A DNA stretch of 64,000 nucleotides from Anthoceros angustus (taxonomy: Eukaryota; Plantae; Anthocerotophyta). Where the stretch lies: contig MU008201.1 in NCBI GenBank assembly GCA_010909165.1, forward strand, positions 310,001-374,000, written 5' to 3'. Position numbers and translations under genes: made by a program. Shown piece after piece: positions 1 to 13,173 of this stretch. Within the stretch, counting starts at the first letter, position 1, and each line of letters opens with the position of its first letter. The notes beneath the pieces are model-generated. The model was not told the origin of the DNA. It did no database searches and saw only the letters and a program-made list of their open reading frames with translations.

Positions 1-379
1 AAGATATTTTGCTTCGTCAACATCTTGCTCACTCATCAGCAACTATGCCTCTTGCATCTATATCTGTGTTCGGACCCACCTCTCAATTTGCATTTGATGA
101 TTCTTCATTACTATTTTGAGGATGACTCCTCTTTGGCTTGAGAGGGGCTCTTCCTCAATCACCGCTCCAACTCCCATTGTTGCGGTGTGATGATCACCCG
201 CTCTTCCAGGTGGATGACACTATTGTGCTTGAACCGCGGGATGAAGCCAATGAAGAGCCTCCTCAAGTCTCGTCGTTCTACCGTCCTCCAAGGTCGAGTG
301 GAAAGAGCCTCCATATGTTGCGGTATTGCTGTAGAGGAACCATTTTTCCACCTCCCGTTTTAGTGTTGTAGACTCATTA

Positions 380-1900
380 GGTGAACCCGCCACCTATAGA
401 GAAGCTATTGAAGGGCTGAAGCTTCCTTTTGGCAAGGCTATTGAGTCGAATATCAATCTCTCATTTCTAATAAAACTTGGGTTCTTGTAGATCTCCTCCG
501 GTCGTAAACCGGTTGCTTGTAAGTGGGTCTTCAAAAAAACTCATCGATGGTAGTGTTGGTAGGTATAAGGCTCGCCTCGTGGCAAAGGGATATAGTCAAG
601 TAAGTTAGACTACAATGAAACATTTGCCCCAGTTGTTAAGTCTACTTCCATAAGAATACTCCTTGCCCTTGCTGCTCACTACAATCTCCTCGTACATCGA
701 TTAGGCGTAAAAGCGCTTTTCTTAATGGCACCTTAGATGAGGTCATCTACATGGCTCAAGGAAGGTTTTATTATAGACCCTAATAAAGTATGTCAACTTT
801 TAAAAACACTTTATGGTCTTAAGCTCCTCCGTGCATGGAATGAAGTGTTTCATGCATTGCTCATAGAATTGGGTTTCACATGTTTGAATGATAGCGTATA
901 TATTTTATGGGATGACAATGATTTTATCATTTTAATTGTTTATGTGGATGATAATATTTTATTTAGCACTTCACCAACTCTTATGGCAAGAATGAAAGCG
1001 ATACTTTGGCAAGGTTTGATATGGTGATTTGGGGCTTATCTTTTCTCTTGGCATTCAATTCCATTTTAACACTCGCGATAACACTATTGATATTCATCAA
1101 GAGCATTTTGTACATCAACTACTTAAGAGGTTCAAGATGGAGGATGCACGACCAGTAAGCACACCTATGTCTACAGGTGAAAAGCTATCTAAGGAACAAT
1201 GCCCGACAACAGAAGAAGAAAAGGCCGAGATGGCACTCAAGCCTTACCGACAAGCTGTTGGTTGTTTAATCTATCTATCAGGTTGGACTAGATTAGACAT
1301 CACACGTGCAGTTAGTAATGTAAGTCAGTTTCTAGAGAACCCTGGCTTGCCACATTGGGCTGCAGTGAAGAGAATTTTTAGGTACCTCAAAGGAACAGCA
1401 CGCAAAGGTTTACGTTTTTCTAAGCAACGGATGGTTTTACTAATGTCCTTTTGTGATGCCGATTGGGCTGGTGACCCGGACACTAGGCGTAGTATTGCAG
1501 CCTCTTTACATTTTAGGTGGATCGGTTATCTCTTGGTCAAGTAAAAGCTCACTACTATTTGTCTTTCCTCTACAGGCGAATATGGTGCCATGACACAAGG
1601 CTAGAGAGGTTATTTTGGATTAGATCTTTCTTAAGTGGACTTAAGCGCTTCATGAAGGACCAACTCGGCTTGGTGCGACAACGATCGATTGCTTTATCGA
1701 AGAATCCGTTTTCATGCTAGAAGTAAGCATATCGAGATTGCTCATCATTTTATAAGACAAGCAGCGGCGTAAAGGTAATAGTGGACTATGTTGCCACTTG
1801 AAAATGTGGCTGACCTTTTGACAAAGTCTTTGCCAAAGTTGGTACATGAAACATACTTTGGCTGGGCTACAATTTATACACGTGAGCAAAGCGAGAACAA
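380..1900 (+). mobile_element. Ty1/copia pol remnant (reverse transcriptase + RNase H), frameshifted
   Basis: Motifs read across frameshifts: KTWVLVD..GRKPVACKWVFK (~472-535), YKARLVAKGYSQ (~564), ETFAPVVK, LYGLK, YVDD (~941), FCDADWAGDPDTRRS (~1450), SKHIEIAHHFIR (~1722), ENVADLLTKSL (~1800). Confidence 0.95.
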
Positions 1901-2084
1901 CTCATTAGTTGATTTCCTCTTTCATGGCTTGGTGATTGGATGAAGCCTTATTGTGTTATGTGATCGTCACACTTGCTGGAACTCTTTTTGCTTATATCGG
2001 TGGGAGTACACTTTCTATTATGAAGTCAATTTTCAAGATATTTTCAAGCTTATCAATTAACTCCTAATTGCAACTAAGTGGGAG

Positions 2085-2333
2085 TAATGGAATATAGCTT
2101 ATTTTGGAATAGATATGTGTTAAAACATAATGGTGATTTTAATTACAATTAAATTAGATTATTCGTTAATTAATAACCATCAATAACGCTTTTTGTATAA
2201 GACCCTTTCTTTGTGTGTAATTTGTATCATCTTTCGATTCCAACTTGCTCTTGACCCTCTTGCTTACCTCTTGCACGATCTTCACACATGCGATCCTAGG
2301 CTATCAACTTCTTTAGTTAGCATAGCTCCCTCA
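2085..2333 (+). mobile_element. Probable 3' LTR of the copia element (~250 bp)
   Basis: Follows the purine tract AAGTGGGAG (2076-2084). Starts TAATGG (decayed TG?), contains TATAAG (~2196) and ends CCCTCA, where hAT coding sequence begins. Confidence 0.6.
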
Positions 2334-2886
2334 TAGATTCATTGTTGAGCAGGTCAAAAGTATGTATAAAGTTGATAGGGTGAGTATGGGAAGTAGAAAG
2401 CTTTTCTCTTTCATTGAAAAGTTGAAAAAAGTCATGGAGTGTATGAGGGTTTTGTAATATCGACTACTCGAAAGTGAACTAAGTTCTTGCATTGCTAGTG
2501 CTAACAAACATGCTTTAGTCAGTTGTTGATGCAAAGAATAATAAGTTTCGATCTTTGTGTGTTGCATGCTTGTCGTCTATTCAGTCCTAAATTTTATCCA
2601 CGAAGATGCAGATGGCGTGCAGTTAGTTAATAGTTTGTTAGAGATATTGTTGAAAAGTTTGGAACTAACTCTTTGGATGCAAATACTAATGTTGTCGACC
2701 CTTTTGTAGTTGATGAGGTGTGTCAATCTGAGTTGCTAATATTTGTGTCCATCTTGAAGTCTTCTTATGCTGGATTGAGTATGTTAGCAGCTTACAAACT
2801 ATACTCAAAAACTCGGGAGTGGGTAATACTGACACCCTCTATTTTATGTCTTTGGGAATTATGTTTGGTCATACCTTGTAGTACCG

Positions 2887-3228
2887 TACTTTAAGGGTTG
2901 ATTCGGCGTTAATTAATTAAAGTTAGTAAAAGTTGAAAATCTAGAAATTATTATAGTTAAAATGTTGAATAGGTAAAAATTTATGAATTTATGATGCCGA
3001 AAACATGGAAATTAGGGTTTGTGTGGAAAATTAGGGTCTGTTTAGGGGAGGTATATATATATCCATTAGTTTTATATATATACCTATGTATTTTAATAAA
3101 TGTTGAAATTTGATAAAATTATTTTTTGTAAATGTTGAAATTTTGAAAATATAAATATTTATGTTGAACCTTGTTTTTCAAAAACAATTATTTGACATTA
3201 TCCTGTTGAACCACCCTTAGAATTGATC
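2887..3228. mobile_element. AT-rich MITE-like insertion splitting the hAT PCST/CERGFS motif (copy 1)
   Basis: Interrupts the motif between ST and AICER. Left end TACTTTAAGGGTTGATTC, right end GAACCACCCTTA, an imperfect inverted repeat. Confidence 0.6.
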
Positions 3229-4683
3229 GCTATATGTGAGCGAGGATTTTCTAAACAAAACTTTATGATGAATAACATGAGAACTAATCTTAATATTTTG
3301 ACCCTTGATGCATTGATGAGTATATCCATCAATGGTCCGCTATTAAAGAGATAGATTGGAATGGTATTTTTAAAGTAGTTCTCTTAATATTTTGACCCTT
3401 GATGCATTGATGAGCAGGTCAAAAGTATGTATAAAGTTGATAGGGTGAGTATGGGAAGTAGAAAGCTTTTCTCTTTCATTGAAAAGTTGAAAAAAGTCAT
3501 GGAGTGTATGAGGGTTTTGTAATATCTGACTACTCTGAAAGTGAACTAAGTTCTTGCATTGCTAGTGCTAACAAACATGCTTTAGCTGTTGTTGATGCAG
3601 TGAATAATAAGTTTCTTGATCTTTGTGTGTTGCATGCTTGTCGTCTATTCAGTCCTAAATTTTATCCTGAAGATGCAGATGAGCGTACACAGTTAGTTAA
3701 TAGTTTGTTAGAGATATTGTTGAAAAAGTTTGGAACTAACTCTTTGGATGCAAATACTAATGTTGTCGACCCTTTTGTAGTTGATGAGGTGTGTCAATCT
3801 GAGTTGCTAATATTTGTGTCCATCTTGAAGTCTTCTTATCTTTGGATTGAGTATGTTAGCGACTTACAAACTATACTCAAAAACTCGGGAGTGGGGTAAT
3901 CGACACCCTCTATTTTATGTCTTTGGGAATTATGTTTGGTCATACCTTGTAGTACCGTACTTTAAGGGTTGATTCGTTAATTAATAACCATCAATAACTT
4001 TTTGTATAAGACCCTTTCTTTGTGTGTAATTTGTATCATCTTTCGATTCCAACTTGCTCTTGACCCTCTTGCTTACCTCTTGCACGATCTTCACATGCGA
4101 TCCTAGGCTATCAACTTCTTTAGTTAGCATAGCTCCCTCATAGATTCTGTTGTTGAGCAGGTCAAAAGTATGTATAAAGTTGATAGGGTGAGTATGGGAA
4201 GTAGAAAGCTTTTCTCTTTCATTGAAAAGTTGAAAAAGTCATGGAGTGTATGAGGGTTTTGTAATATCGACTACTCCAGTGAACTAAGTTCTTGCATTGC
4301 TAGTGCTAACAAACATGCTTTAGCTGTTGTTGATGCAAAGAATAATAAGTTTCCGATCTTTGTGTGTTGCATGCTTGTCGTCTATTCAGGTCCTAAATTT
4401 TATCCGAAGATGCACGGATGGCGTGCAGTTAGTTAATAGTTTGTTAGAGATATTGTTGAAAAAGTTTGGAACTAACTCTTTGGATGCAAATACTAATGTT
4501 GTCGACCCTTTTGTAGTTGATGAGGTGTGTCAATGAGTTGCTAATATTTGTGTCCATCTTGAAGTCTTCTTATCTTTGGATTGAGTATGTTACTTACAAA
4601 CTATACTCAAAAACTAGTGGGGTAATCGACACCCTCTATTTTATGTCTTTGGGAATTATGTTTGGTCATACCTTGTAGTACCG

Positions 4684-5016
4684 TACTTTAAGGGTTGATT
4701 CGTTAATTAATTAAAGTTAGTAAAAGTTGAAAATCTAGAAATTATTATAGTTAAAATGTTGAATAGGTAAAATTTATGAATTTATGATCACGAAAACATG
4801 GAAATTAGGGTTTGTGTGGAAATTAGGGTCTGTTTAGGGAGGTATATATATATCCATTAGTTTTATATATATACCTATGTATTTTAATAAATGTTGAAAT
4901 TTGATAAAATTATTTTTTGTAAATGTTGAAATTTTGAAAATATAAATATTTATGTTGAACCTTGTTTTTCAAAAACAATTATTTCGGCATTATCCTGTTG
5001 AACCACCCTTGGGGTA
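4684..5016. mobile_element. MITE-like insertion (copy 2)
   Basis: Near-identical to 2887-3228. Ends TACTTTAAGGGTTGATTC ... GAACCACCCTTGGGGTA, imperfect TIRs beginning and ending with TA. Confidence 0.6.
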
Positions 5017-5984
5017 ATGCATGCTATATGTGAGCAGGATTTTCTAAACAAAACTTTATGATGAATAACATGAGAACTAATCTTAATATTTTGACCCTTG
5101 ATGCATTGATGAGTATATCCATCAATGGTCCGCTATTAAAGAGATAGATTGGAATGGTATTTTTAAAGTAGTTCTCTTAAATGATGCATTGATGAGTATA
5201 TCCATCAATGGTCCGCTGATAAAAGAGATAGATTGGAATGGTATTTTTAAAGCTTGGAAAGACCAGCTAGCGATAGAATGTACTAGATATTTATATTTTT
5301 ATATTATTATTTATAATTTATTTATTTAAGATTTATTATATTTAGTGACCGAGGGTCGCAAAGGCACGGTCCCTCGGTCCGGACGAAAGGGGCTAAGGCG
5401 GTCCGGACCGAGATAGTACTCGGTGTCATTTGGGACTGAGATAGTACTCGGTCAAAATGACACCCTGATTGTGACCCCCAGCCTCAGGCTTCGTCCCCCG
5501 TAGAACAAGCCTGCATGCCAATCCTTGATGAGTTTCACCTTCTACTTCTTTGATGATAGAATGGAAGATCACACAATGGAGAGGCTGTCCACCCAAACTA
5601 CACACCGGAAGAAACTATTTCGAAACATTGGCGGGTTTGCCATCACAGTCCCAGAGTACAAGAAACATTTTCGGACACTGCACTTTAGTGGGGTAACATG
5701 TAAAATGTGGCAGGCAAGCATTCGCTTAACTTCGCGCATCAGGAGTTTGAAGAGGTCGTCTAGTTTGAACACCTTCCAGCTGCCTGTTCAGGTGGATGCG
5801 CATGCAGTAATGTGTGAGGAGCACCGAGCTGATAGTGCTTCCACGTCTTTGTTTCAAACACTGCGCCCTAAAGCCATGAAAGCTGGCAGCGGTGTTTCCA
5901 CATCTCTGTCTCAAAGATCGCGCCTAAAGCCATGGGGTGATAGTGTTTCCACATCTCATTTACAAGATTGCGCCGAGGCCATGG

Positions 5985-6430
5985 CGGTGATAGTGTTTCC
6001 ACATCTGTTTCAAAGAGGCGCTTCTAAAGCCATGAAATCGCTTTTAGTGTTTCCACATCTCTGTTCAAGTCTATGTTTCCACACTGTTTCAAGTCTCTTT
6101 CCACACCTCTGTTTCCAAGTCTCTGTTTCCAAGTCTCTGTTTCCAAATCTCTGTTTCCAAGTCTCTGTTTCCAAGTCTCTGTTTCTGCTTCCACATCTCT
6201 GTTTCCATGTCTCTGTTTCCACACCTCTGCTTCCAAGTCTCTGCTTCCAAGTCTGTTTCCAAGTCTCTTTCCAAGTCTCTGTTCCATGTCTCTGTTTCCA
6301 TGTCTCTGTTTCCACCTCTGGTTCCAACATCTCTTTCCACCTCTCCGTTTCCACATCTCATTTCCAAGTCTCTGTTTCCACATGCGTAAAGCCATGAAGC
6401 TAGTGTTTCCACATCTCTCTGTTTCAAAGG
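5985..6430. repeat. ~14-bp minisatellite (CTGTTTCCAAGTCT / GTTTCCACATCTCT variants)
   Basis: Tandem repeats visible directly; they generate the spurious ETETWKQR/SLFP ORFs. Confidence 0.95.
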
Positions 6431-7084
6431 CAATAAAGATAAAAGAAGAATCCTTTTGTACATTCCACAATAAAGATCACATCGGAAATCGAATCCATAC
6501 CTCCCGCTCACAAGGCGAGCGCCTTCACTTACTAGGCCACGCGATCAGCCGTCAAGTGGAACACTACGACATGTATAAAACACGTCGTTTTGGAGGACTG
6601 AAAAACCCAACGTGGAATGGGGCATATACGCCCTCCTATCTCCACAGGGCTATGTAGAAGAAGAAGAAGAAGACTGTTATCGTCCACTTGGACGGAACTT
6701 TCCTCCTCTAATGACACTTGTCCATGGTGTGCCTAAGGGCATCCATTCCCTCTAGGCACCCCATCTAAATACAATACCGATCTCACCGCAGTATGCTGAA
6801 CAGCAGTGTTCTTATAAATGTGTGTCCAATTGACCTAAAGCCATCTGGACACACATATGCAGGCACAAGGCATTGTTATACCTACCCGATTCCATAACCC
6901 ATTTGTGCCTGGTGCAGACACATGCATATGCATATGGCTGTGTGGCCCATCCATTGCTCCGCTACATTGCCCACCGCTTGCTTGAGGACGAGCTGCTGTG
7001 CTCGAGTTCCACACAACCACGGCGCCAACGGGCCGATGACGAGCTTGTTTCTTGTTACTCGGTTGGCTTTGAACTTGAACCACT

Positions 7085-7245
7085 CGGCTTTGAAACCAAC
7101 CCTCGAAGTCTCCTCAACAGGGGTAGACGTTGCCGGTCCCCCCGGCGGCGACGCCGATCCTGGCGGCCGGCATCCCCAGCGTTTTCAGCCCCGGGAACTG
7201 GGCTGCCAGTGCCGTCGTCACCGCCGCCTTGTTTACGTTCTCTTC
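7085..7245 (-). pseudogene. Degenerate germin-like protein fragment (unit 0)
   Basis: NVNKAAVTTALAAQFPGLKTLGMPAARIGVAAGG aligns with the intact copies, but the HVHPRATE box and signal peptide are lost. The flank 7280-7910 matches the upstream region of the other GLP copies. Confidence 0.85.
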
Positions 7246-8759
7246 TCCTCCGGATGCAGAGGAGGATGCCGAAAACCATGATGGGTTGCGCGAAAGAGAG
7301 CTGGTGGGTGGGATATCGATGCTGCGAGTGTCGGAGGCGGGCGTGCGGATGTAACAACGTGGGGGTGGTGAGGAGAGCGATGGAGGATTGTGGGTTTTGT
7401 ACCCCTCCCCTGGCTTGGGGGAGTAGGAATGTGGGGCCCTGCAGCTCGTTGAACCTGACCCGCTTGGCAGCTTTGCAGAGGAGGAGGAGTCTGCGTCGGT
7501 AAGACCCACTGGCCATGGGTTGTCCTGTTACACGTCTTGCTTATACAACTGACTTGACCCGGGCGTGCCACTTCCAAAATATCGGGCCATCTGGATAGAT
7601 TAGTCTTCCTGTGTCTTGCGTATCACGTCTCGGAACTGCAAACCTTCTTCTACACCTTGCCCATCCCGTCTCCCAACTGCATCGGATTCATACAAAATTA
7701 CAGAAAACAACTATGAGCATGTAGCATCAAGTCGATGGAAGACCTGCGTCAAAGCACGTTGTCAAAGGACGATGCGTGGTCTCTCCGATGCACGGTGTCT
7801 AGCTGGAGTCCCAGCACCCGAGCTGCATCTTAGAGACGTTTGGACCTGAACCACCTCAAAGAACATACCCAACACTTTCTGGAAACGATTTCCAGAGTTC
7901 ACCATGTATGTACATAGCAGGGTGCACAGTAAGTTCCTCACTCTGTGGCAGGCAGCTTCTCGGGTACGAAAGTGCCCGAGTGGGAGACAATGCGTGACCT
8001 TGATTTCTGAACGTGCTTTCTGAGGGCTTTACTTTAGGGTCTCTGAACTGCTGGATAAGCAGGCATGTTTTCCTCCCAATGAATTTGCGAATGACTTCTT
8101 TGCTTGATGTTGTGGTAACATTGAGTTTATGGCTCTGTGCTTGATGTTGTAGTAACATTAGGTTTAAGGAGGTCTTAAGGGCGAAGGGATTGTTAGATAA
8201 TGCAGTGTCAGTGGCGATGATTAGTAGCTCAGATCAGCAAGAAGCTCAACCAAGAGCCAGGGCTGTGAAAGCCAGTACTTGTAGGGCATGGGATCTGAAG
8301 GGCTTGATGAGGGAGTAATTCTGGAAAGAGCTGACTCAAATAATGTTATTTCAGACAAAAGCTTAGAAAGCTTGGTGCAGCTTGATGATAACTGTTCTGA
8401 AATCCAGTTTTGGCAGCAACTTGTTTAACTATTGAGTGGTGTACAGTCCATCTTGAGCCTCCAGTTTCTGGACTCTCGTGGCCGTCACAGAGACCTGCTG
8501 CTGTTTGCTTGATGTGGCTTGTCTCTGCTACGATGCGGATTTTGGAGGGGGACATTCATTCCTTGGCCCTTGCATCCAAGTTTGGCTGGGCAAACGTCCA
8601 AATGTTGCTGTACTTGCTGAGCAACTTATTCAGCTGTCAAAGAATCATCTCCACCTAGGCAGAAGCGAAGGCAGGCTGCCTCCTCAATATGTTGTGGACC
8701 AGATGAACAGCTTACATTTGTTGTCCGAGTGCTTGAGGCTCTCATAGTGCTTCTACCCA

Positions 8760-9597
8760 CACAAGAGCTACCCAGACAGATTGGAGAACGACGACTTCAG
8801 GCCGATGAAGTTCGAGGTTGCAGCCTGCCAAGCATGTATGCCAACTGTGACAGCTTAGAAGACGCGCAACTTGTGTTTGATGGGCTTGCGCTCGACGGAC
8901 TTAGTCGAAAAAGTGTGCTGACATGGAATGCCATGGTAGGAGGTTAGCCACAGGAGGGAATGGGACAGGACGACCTTTCTCTGCACAGGGCAATTCAAGA
9001 AGAAGGCTTTGTCGCACCTAATTCTGTGACGTTTGTGTGCCTCCTGCAGCATGCGCGAGTGTGGGCACCCCAGCTTTGGAGGGCTTGGTCGCACCTAATT
9101 CCTTTACGTTTCTGTGCCTCCTGCAGCATGCGCAAGTGTGGGCACCCCAGCTTTGGAGAAAGGGACGCAGCTTCACGCCCAGATAAGAGGATGTGGACCT
9201 CAAGCTGATGTGTTTGTGGCCAGCAGTTTGGCGAACATTTATGCAAAGTGTGGCAGCTTGCAAGACACACATGGTTCTATGGTGTCGGTAAGAAAGACGT
9301 CATGATGTGGAACGCCATGATCAGGGTATTCCCATCAGGGCATGGGGCAGGACGCGTTTGGCCTCTACAGGCCTGTGCAAATGTGGCAGCTTTGCATTTG
9401 GGAAGGCAGCGTCACTTGCAGATAAGGAAAACAAAGCCTGCAAACTGATGTGTTTGTACCTATTAGCCTGATAAGCATGTATGCCAAGTCTGGGAGCACG
9501 GTTGATGCACAGCAGGTGTTTCAGGCATTGCTTGAATGATTCGTTATTGCCTGGAACGCACTGATTGCAGGCTATGCCCGGCAGGGAGACACTGATG
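8760..9597 (+). pseudogene. PLS-type PPR gene fragment (unit 0)
   Basis: VLTWNAMVGG, PNSVTFVCLL, DVFVASSLANIYAKCGSLQD, DVMMWNAMI, VIAWNALIAGYA; contains frameshifts and stops. Confidence 0.85.
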
Positions 9598-9599
9598 TG

Positions 9600-10403
9600 G
9601 ATAATCACATCTTTGGTGGCCAAGCTATCAAAAACCTGTCGTGCATCTTCCAGTTCACCACATTTGCGTACATATATGTCCACTAGGCAGTTGCCTAACA
9701 CTACGTTTCCCAGCAGTCCTCTTTCAACAATCTGTGAGTGCAGCTGCCTGCCCTTCTGTAAGCCACCAGTGCTTGCACAGGCTTTCAGAAGGCAAGCAAA
9801 AGTAACATGGTTAGCCAAAATCAACCCCTCCTGCTTCCTTTGTCCATCAACAGCAAGGGCCTCATGACCAAGACCTTGCTGGACATACCCAGCAATCAGG
9901 GTCGTCCATGTCACCACATTCTTTGTGGCCAAGCTCTCAAAAGCCTGACGTGCGTCTTGTAGTTCGCCACATTTTGCATACGTGTCCACCAGGCAGGTGC
10001 CAACAAACAAGTCAGGAGGAATGCCAGTGTGCAACACATCGGAGTGCACTCTTGTGTCAGATTCCAAATCGGCGGCAAATGCACAAGCTTGAAGGGCAGC
10101 TACAAAGACGTGACCATCGGCCTTCACCCCTGACCTACGCATCTCATGGTACAGTTGTATGGCGTCTTCAGGCTTCCCATGTTTAGCGTATGCGTAGATT
10201 ATGGAAAACCACATGAAGGCGTCTGGTTTGCCCACCCTGGTGAACACATCCATGGCTTCCTGCAGCCTACCTCCACATGCATACATGCGCAAGATATGGT
10301 TCCCCAAGTAGTGTGCATTCGCATCGTGCCCAAGCTTGACAGTAAGATCATGAACTCGTCGCCCCATAACCAACAACGGGTCCGGTCGCCATACCGTGGC
10401 CAT
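9600..10403 (-). pseudogene. PLS-type PPR gene fragment (longest open stretch ~270 aa), no E/DYW end
   Basis: ORF 9321..10403 contains LGNHILRMYACGGRLQEAMDVF, FVGTCLVDTYAKCGELQDARQAF, NVVTWTTLIAGY and VTFACLLKACAS. Its C-terminal part is only antisense of the + fragment. Confidence 0.85.
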
Positions 10404-12487
10404 CGTTCAGCAACCGCTGTCGGAACACGAGCCTAACAACAATTGGCATCCTTTAGTGAAGGATTCCAATTGCCCATTTGAGCTTGGGATATGTAGAGTG
10501 CTCGGCTCAGGGTTGTCGCCAGAAGCGGCAGTCATGGTTCGGCCTGAATTCTGTGTGAGCGCCGGTCGAACGATGAATCTCAGTTCTGGTCCACTCTGGT
10601 GGGCTTTAGACCCCAGACATCCTCACATTGCGGGATGAAGGCAGCTAACAAGGGGCTTAAAAGCCCCTTGTTAGCTGGACATACCCAGCAATCAGGGTCG
10701 TCCATGTCACCACATTCTTTGTGGCCAAGTTCCATATATCCTATTCCAAGTTCCATATATGCAACACATGCGCTTCAGCTGTCACAACTAACAACAATTG
10801 GCATCCTTTAGTGAAGGATTCCAATTGCCCATTTGAGCTTGGGATATGTAGAGTGCTCGGCTCAGGGTTGTCGCCAGAAGCGGCAGTCATGGTTCGGCCT
10901 GAATTCTGTGTGAGCGCAACCAAACCTCCTACATTTCCTATTTTTAGCCCTTGTTAGCTGGACATCACACTATCACACAGAGCTCAAGTGCCAGAACAAC
11001 ACGAGCGACAACACTTGCAGAACATCGAACAATCATTTGAAAAGTCGCAGGACGGATGGAAACTGAAGGCTCTGGCAGAGCCAGAGCCAGAGACTGAGGC
11101 CCCCGACTCACGGCAGCTGCTCCAGCCCTAACCTCAGATCATACTGTACATGGCCACAGTCTAGAGCACGGCTGTTTGGCCCAGTCCTCGCAAGTGGCCA
11201 AGTTCCAAACGATTCTGAAGCAGAGCTTCAAATTCCTGCAATCGTGGCCCTGCAACATGTAAAATGTGGCAGGCAAGCACTCGCTTGACTTCGCGCATAA
11301 GGAGTTTCAACACGGATGTGGAGGCACCTCGACCTACCTCCATGTCCAGAGCAGCAACACATGCGCTTCAGCTGTCACAACTAATGTATGTGTGTGAGAG
11401 TAATGTGTGAGGAGCAGCACCTCCATGAAAATATTCATAGTGTTTCCACATGTATCTATCTCGGTTTCAAAGACTGCGCCCTAAAGCCGGAAAGATAAAA
11501 AGGAATCCTATAACTAATGTGTAAGACTAATGTGTGAGGAGCAGCACCTCCATGACACAGCAGATAGTGCTGTATCTCAGTTTCAAAGACTGTGCCCAAG
11601 AGATAAAAAAGATTCTATAATATATTTTAGGTATGATCATGTCAAGAATTGAAACCATTACCGTTCGGTCATTATATGCAACACAACTAACGAAAACAAA
11701 ACAGACACACAAATTTATTTGATGTCCACCAAGATTGAACATGCCCCTATGGGACTTGTTCTTCGGGCAACTTGTTTCATGGAGTAAACTAAACTAAGTA
11801 ACATCAACAGAATCAATATACGATATAAAATATATAGTTTTGAGGATTGACAAACCCAACTTGGAATGGGGCATATACGCCTCTTATTTTCATAGGCCTG
11901 TGTACTAGGAGAAGAAGAAAAAGGAGTATATTATAATCTACTTGAACGAAATTTTCATGGTTTACTTGGTATTTAATAACTTGTACCATGCTGCTTGTAC
12001 TAAGGGCATCTAATCCCTTTAGACATTCCATCTAAGTGTGTACTTAGATGGGGTGGCACAAATGCTTGATAACAAAGTTATTTTAAATGTGTGTTCATTT
12101 CTAAGCCATGTAGCCATGCAAGGCATTGTTATATCCGCTACATTGTCCGGTGCTTGCTTGTGGACAACTATTGTGCTCAAGTTCCATATATCCTATTCCA
12201 AGTTCCACATATATGCAAGACTCACTTACATATGAACAAATTTTTTTGAGGGAAAGAAAGGATGGAAGACCTAGAGTGTAGTGTAAGATGACACAAAATA
12301 CAAAATTTATTTTGAAGATATTTTATTTATATGAATAGAAAGAGGATGTGATGTTGATGGAAATGGTCATGGGTCCGTCCATGAAAGTACATAGCGCTAG
12401 CGCCCACCAAACACCAAGCCTGTTGTGTGCATACAACTAAGTTGAACGCCAAACTGTTCTCAAAAGCGTTCTTTGTGTTGGATTGAA

Positions 12488-13173
12488 TCACTTCTGCGCT
12501 TTCTCAAGAAGACGCACGGTCTTATCGTCGATCCCGAAGGTCTGGGCGAGCACGTCGCTGGAGATGGGCTGAGGAGAGGCAGCGAAGAGCGCCTTGGCCG
12601 CCTGCTGGACCCCCGGGTTCTGGCTGCTGAGCGCGGCGATGGCCCAGGCCTTCCCGTGCCCGGTGTTCTTCTGGAAGTGGAGGAGGCCGCGGGGGAAGAC
12701 GAACAGATCGCCGGCATTCAGCGTCGTCTGGTACAGCACGTTGGCGTTGGACGACACGAAACCCACCTCCAAAGTCCCCTCCACCAGGAACAGCAGCTCG
12801 GTGGCGCGCGGGTGGACGTGCGGCGGGTTCAGCCCCGGCGGCGAAGTCGATCCTGGCAGCCGAGATCCCCAGCGTGTTCAGCCCCGGGAACTGGACTGCG
12901 GACGCCGGCGTCACCGCCGCCTTGTTGGCGTTGTTGGTGTTCCCGGGGTCGCCAGAACCGGGACTTGAAGTCCTCCGATACCGTGTCCTTGGCTGCCTTG
13001 CACGGGAAGCCGTTGATGGTGGGCGAGCCGGCCGGGAGGCCCACGCAGAAGTCCTGAAGCGGGTCCTCGTCTGCTGCCGACGCGATGGGGAGCGCTGCGG
13101 CGTAGATCGCGGCCATGGCCAGGATGGCGAAGGCCAGGCGCCTCGTTGCGAGATGGGTGTCACGTCCCGCCAT
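12488..13173 (-). CDS. Germin-like protein (cupin), type A copy 1, intronless
   Basis: Signal peptide, DPLQDFCV box A, NGFPCK, PPHVHPRATE and GDLFVFPRGLLHFQKN motifs. Frameshifts occur only in G/C homopolymer runs (likely sequencing errors). Confidence 0.9.

Larger units (their letters stand above)
2334..5467 (+). mobile_element. hAT transposon 3' remnant (transposase C-terminal/dimerisation region, locally triplicated) with terminal inverted repeat
   Basis: LWELCLVIPCST...AICERGFSKQNF...RTNLNILTLDALMSISINGP...IDWNGIFK, a typical hAT dimerisation signature (2851-2886 and 3229-3372). Subterminal ACCGAG/CTCGGT repeats at 5348-5452. Ends TGACACCCTG (rc CAGGGTGTCA) at 5467. Confidence 0.85.

Noticed and set aside
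5525-6657. Long overlapping ORFs (SLFP / ETETWKQR)
   Set aside because: Products of the stop-free minisatellite.
7440-7500. CKAAK peptide upstream of the GLP fragment as a second GLP remnant
   Set aside because: Five-residue match only, and not conserved in frame in the other units.
9321-10403. Intact 360-aa PPR editing factor
   Set aside because: No targeting peptide or E/DYW domain. The last ~90 aa are antisense of another PPR fragment, and paralogous copies are disrupted.
12488-13173. GLP copies as frameshifted pseudogenes
   Set aside because: Shifts fall only in G/C homopolymers and partly differ among copies, with no nonsense substitutions; sequencing error is more likely.
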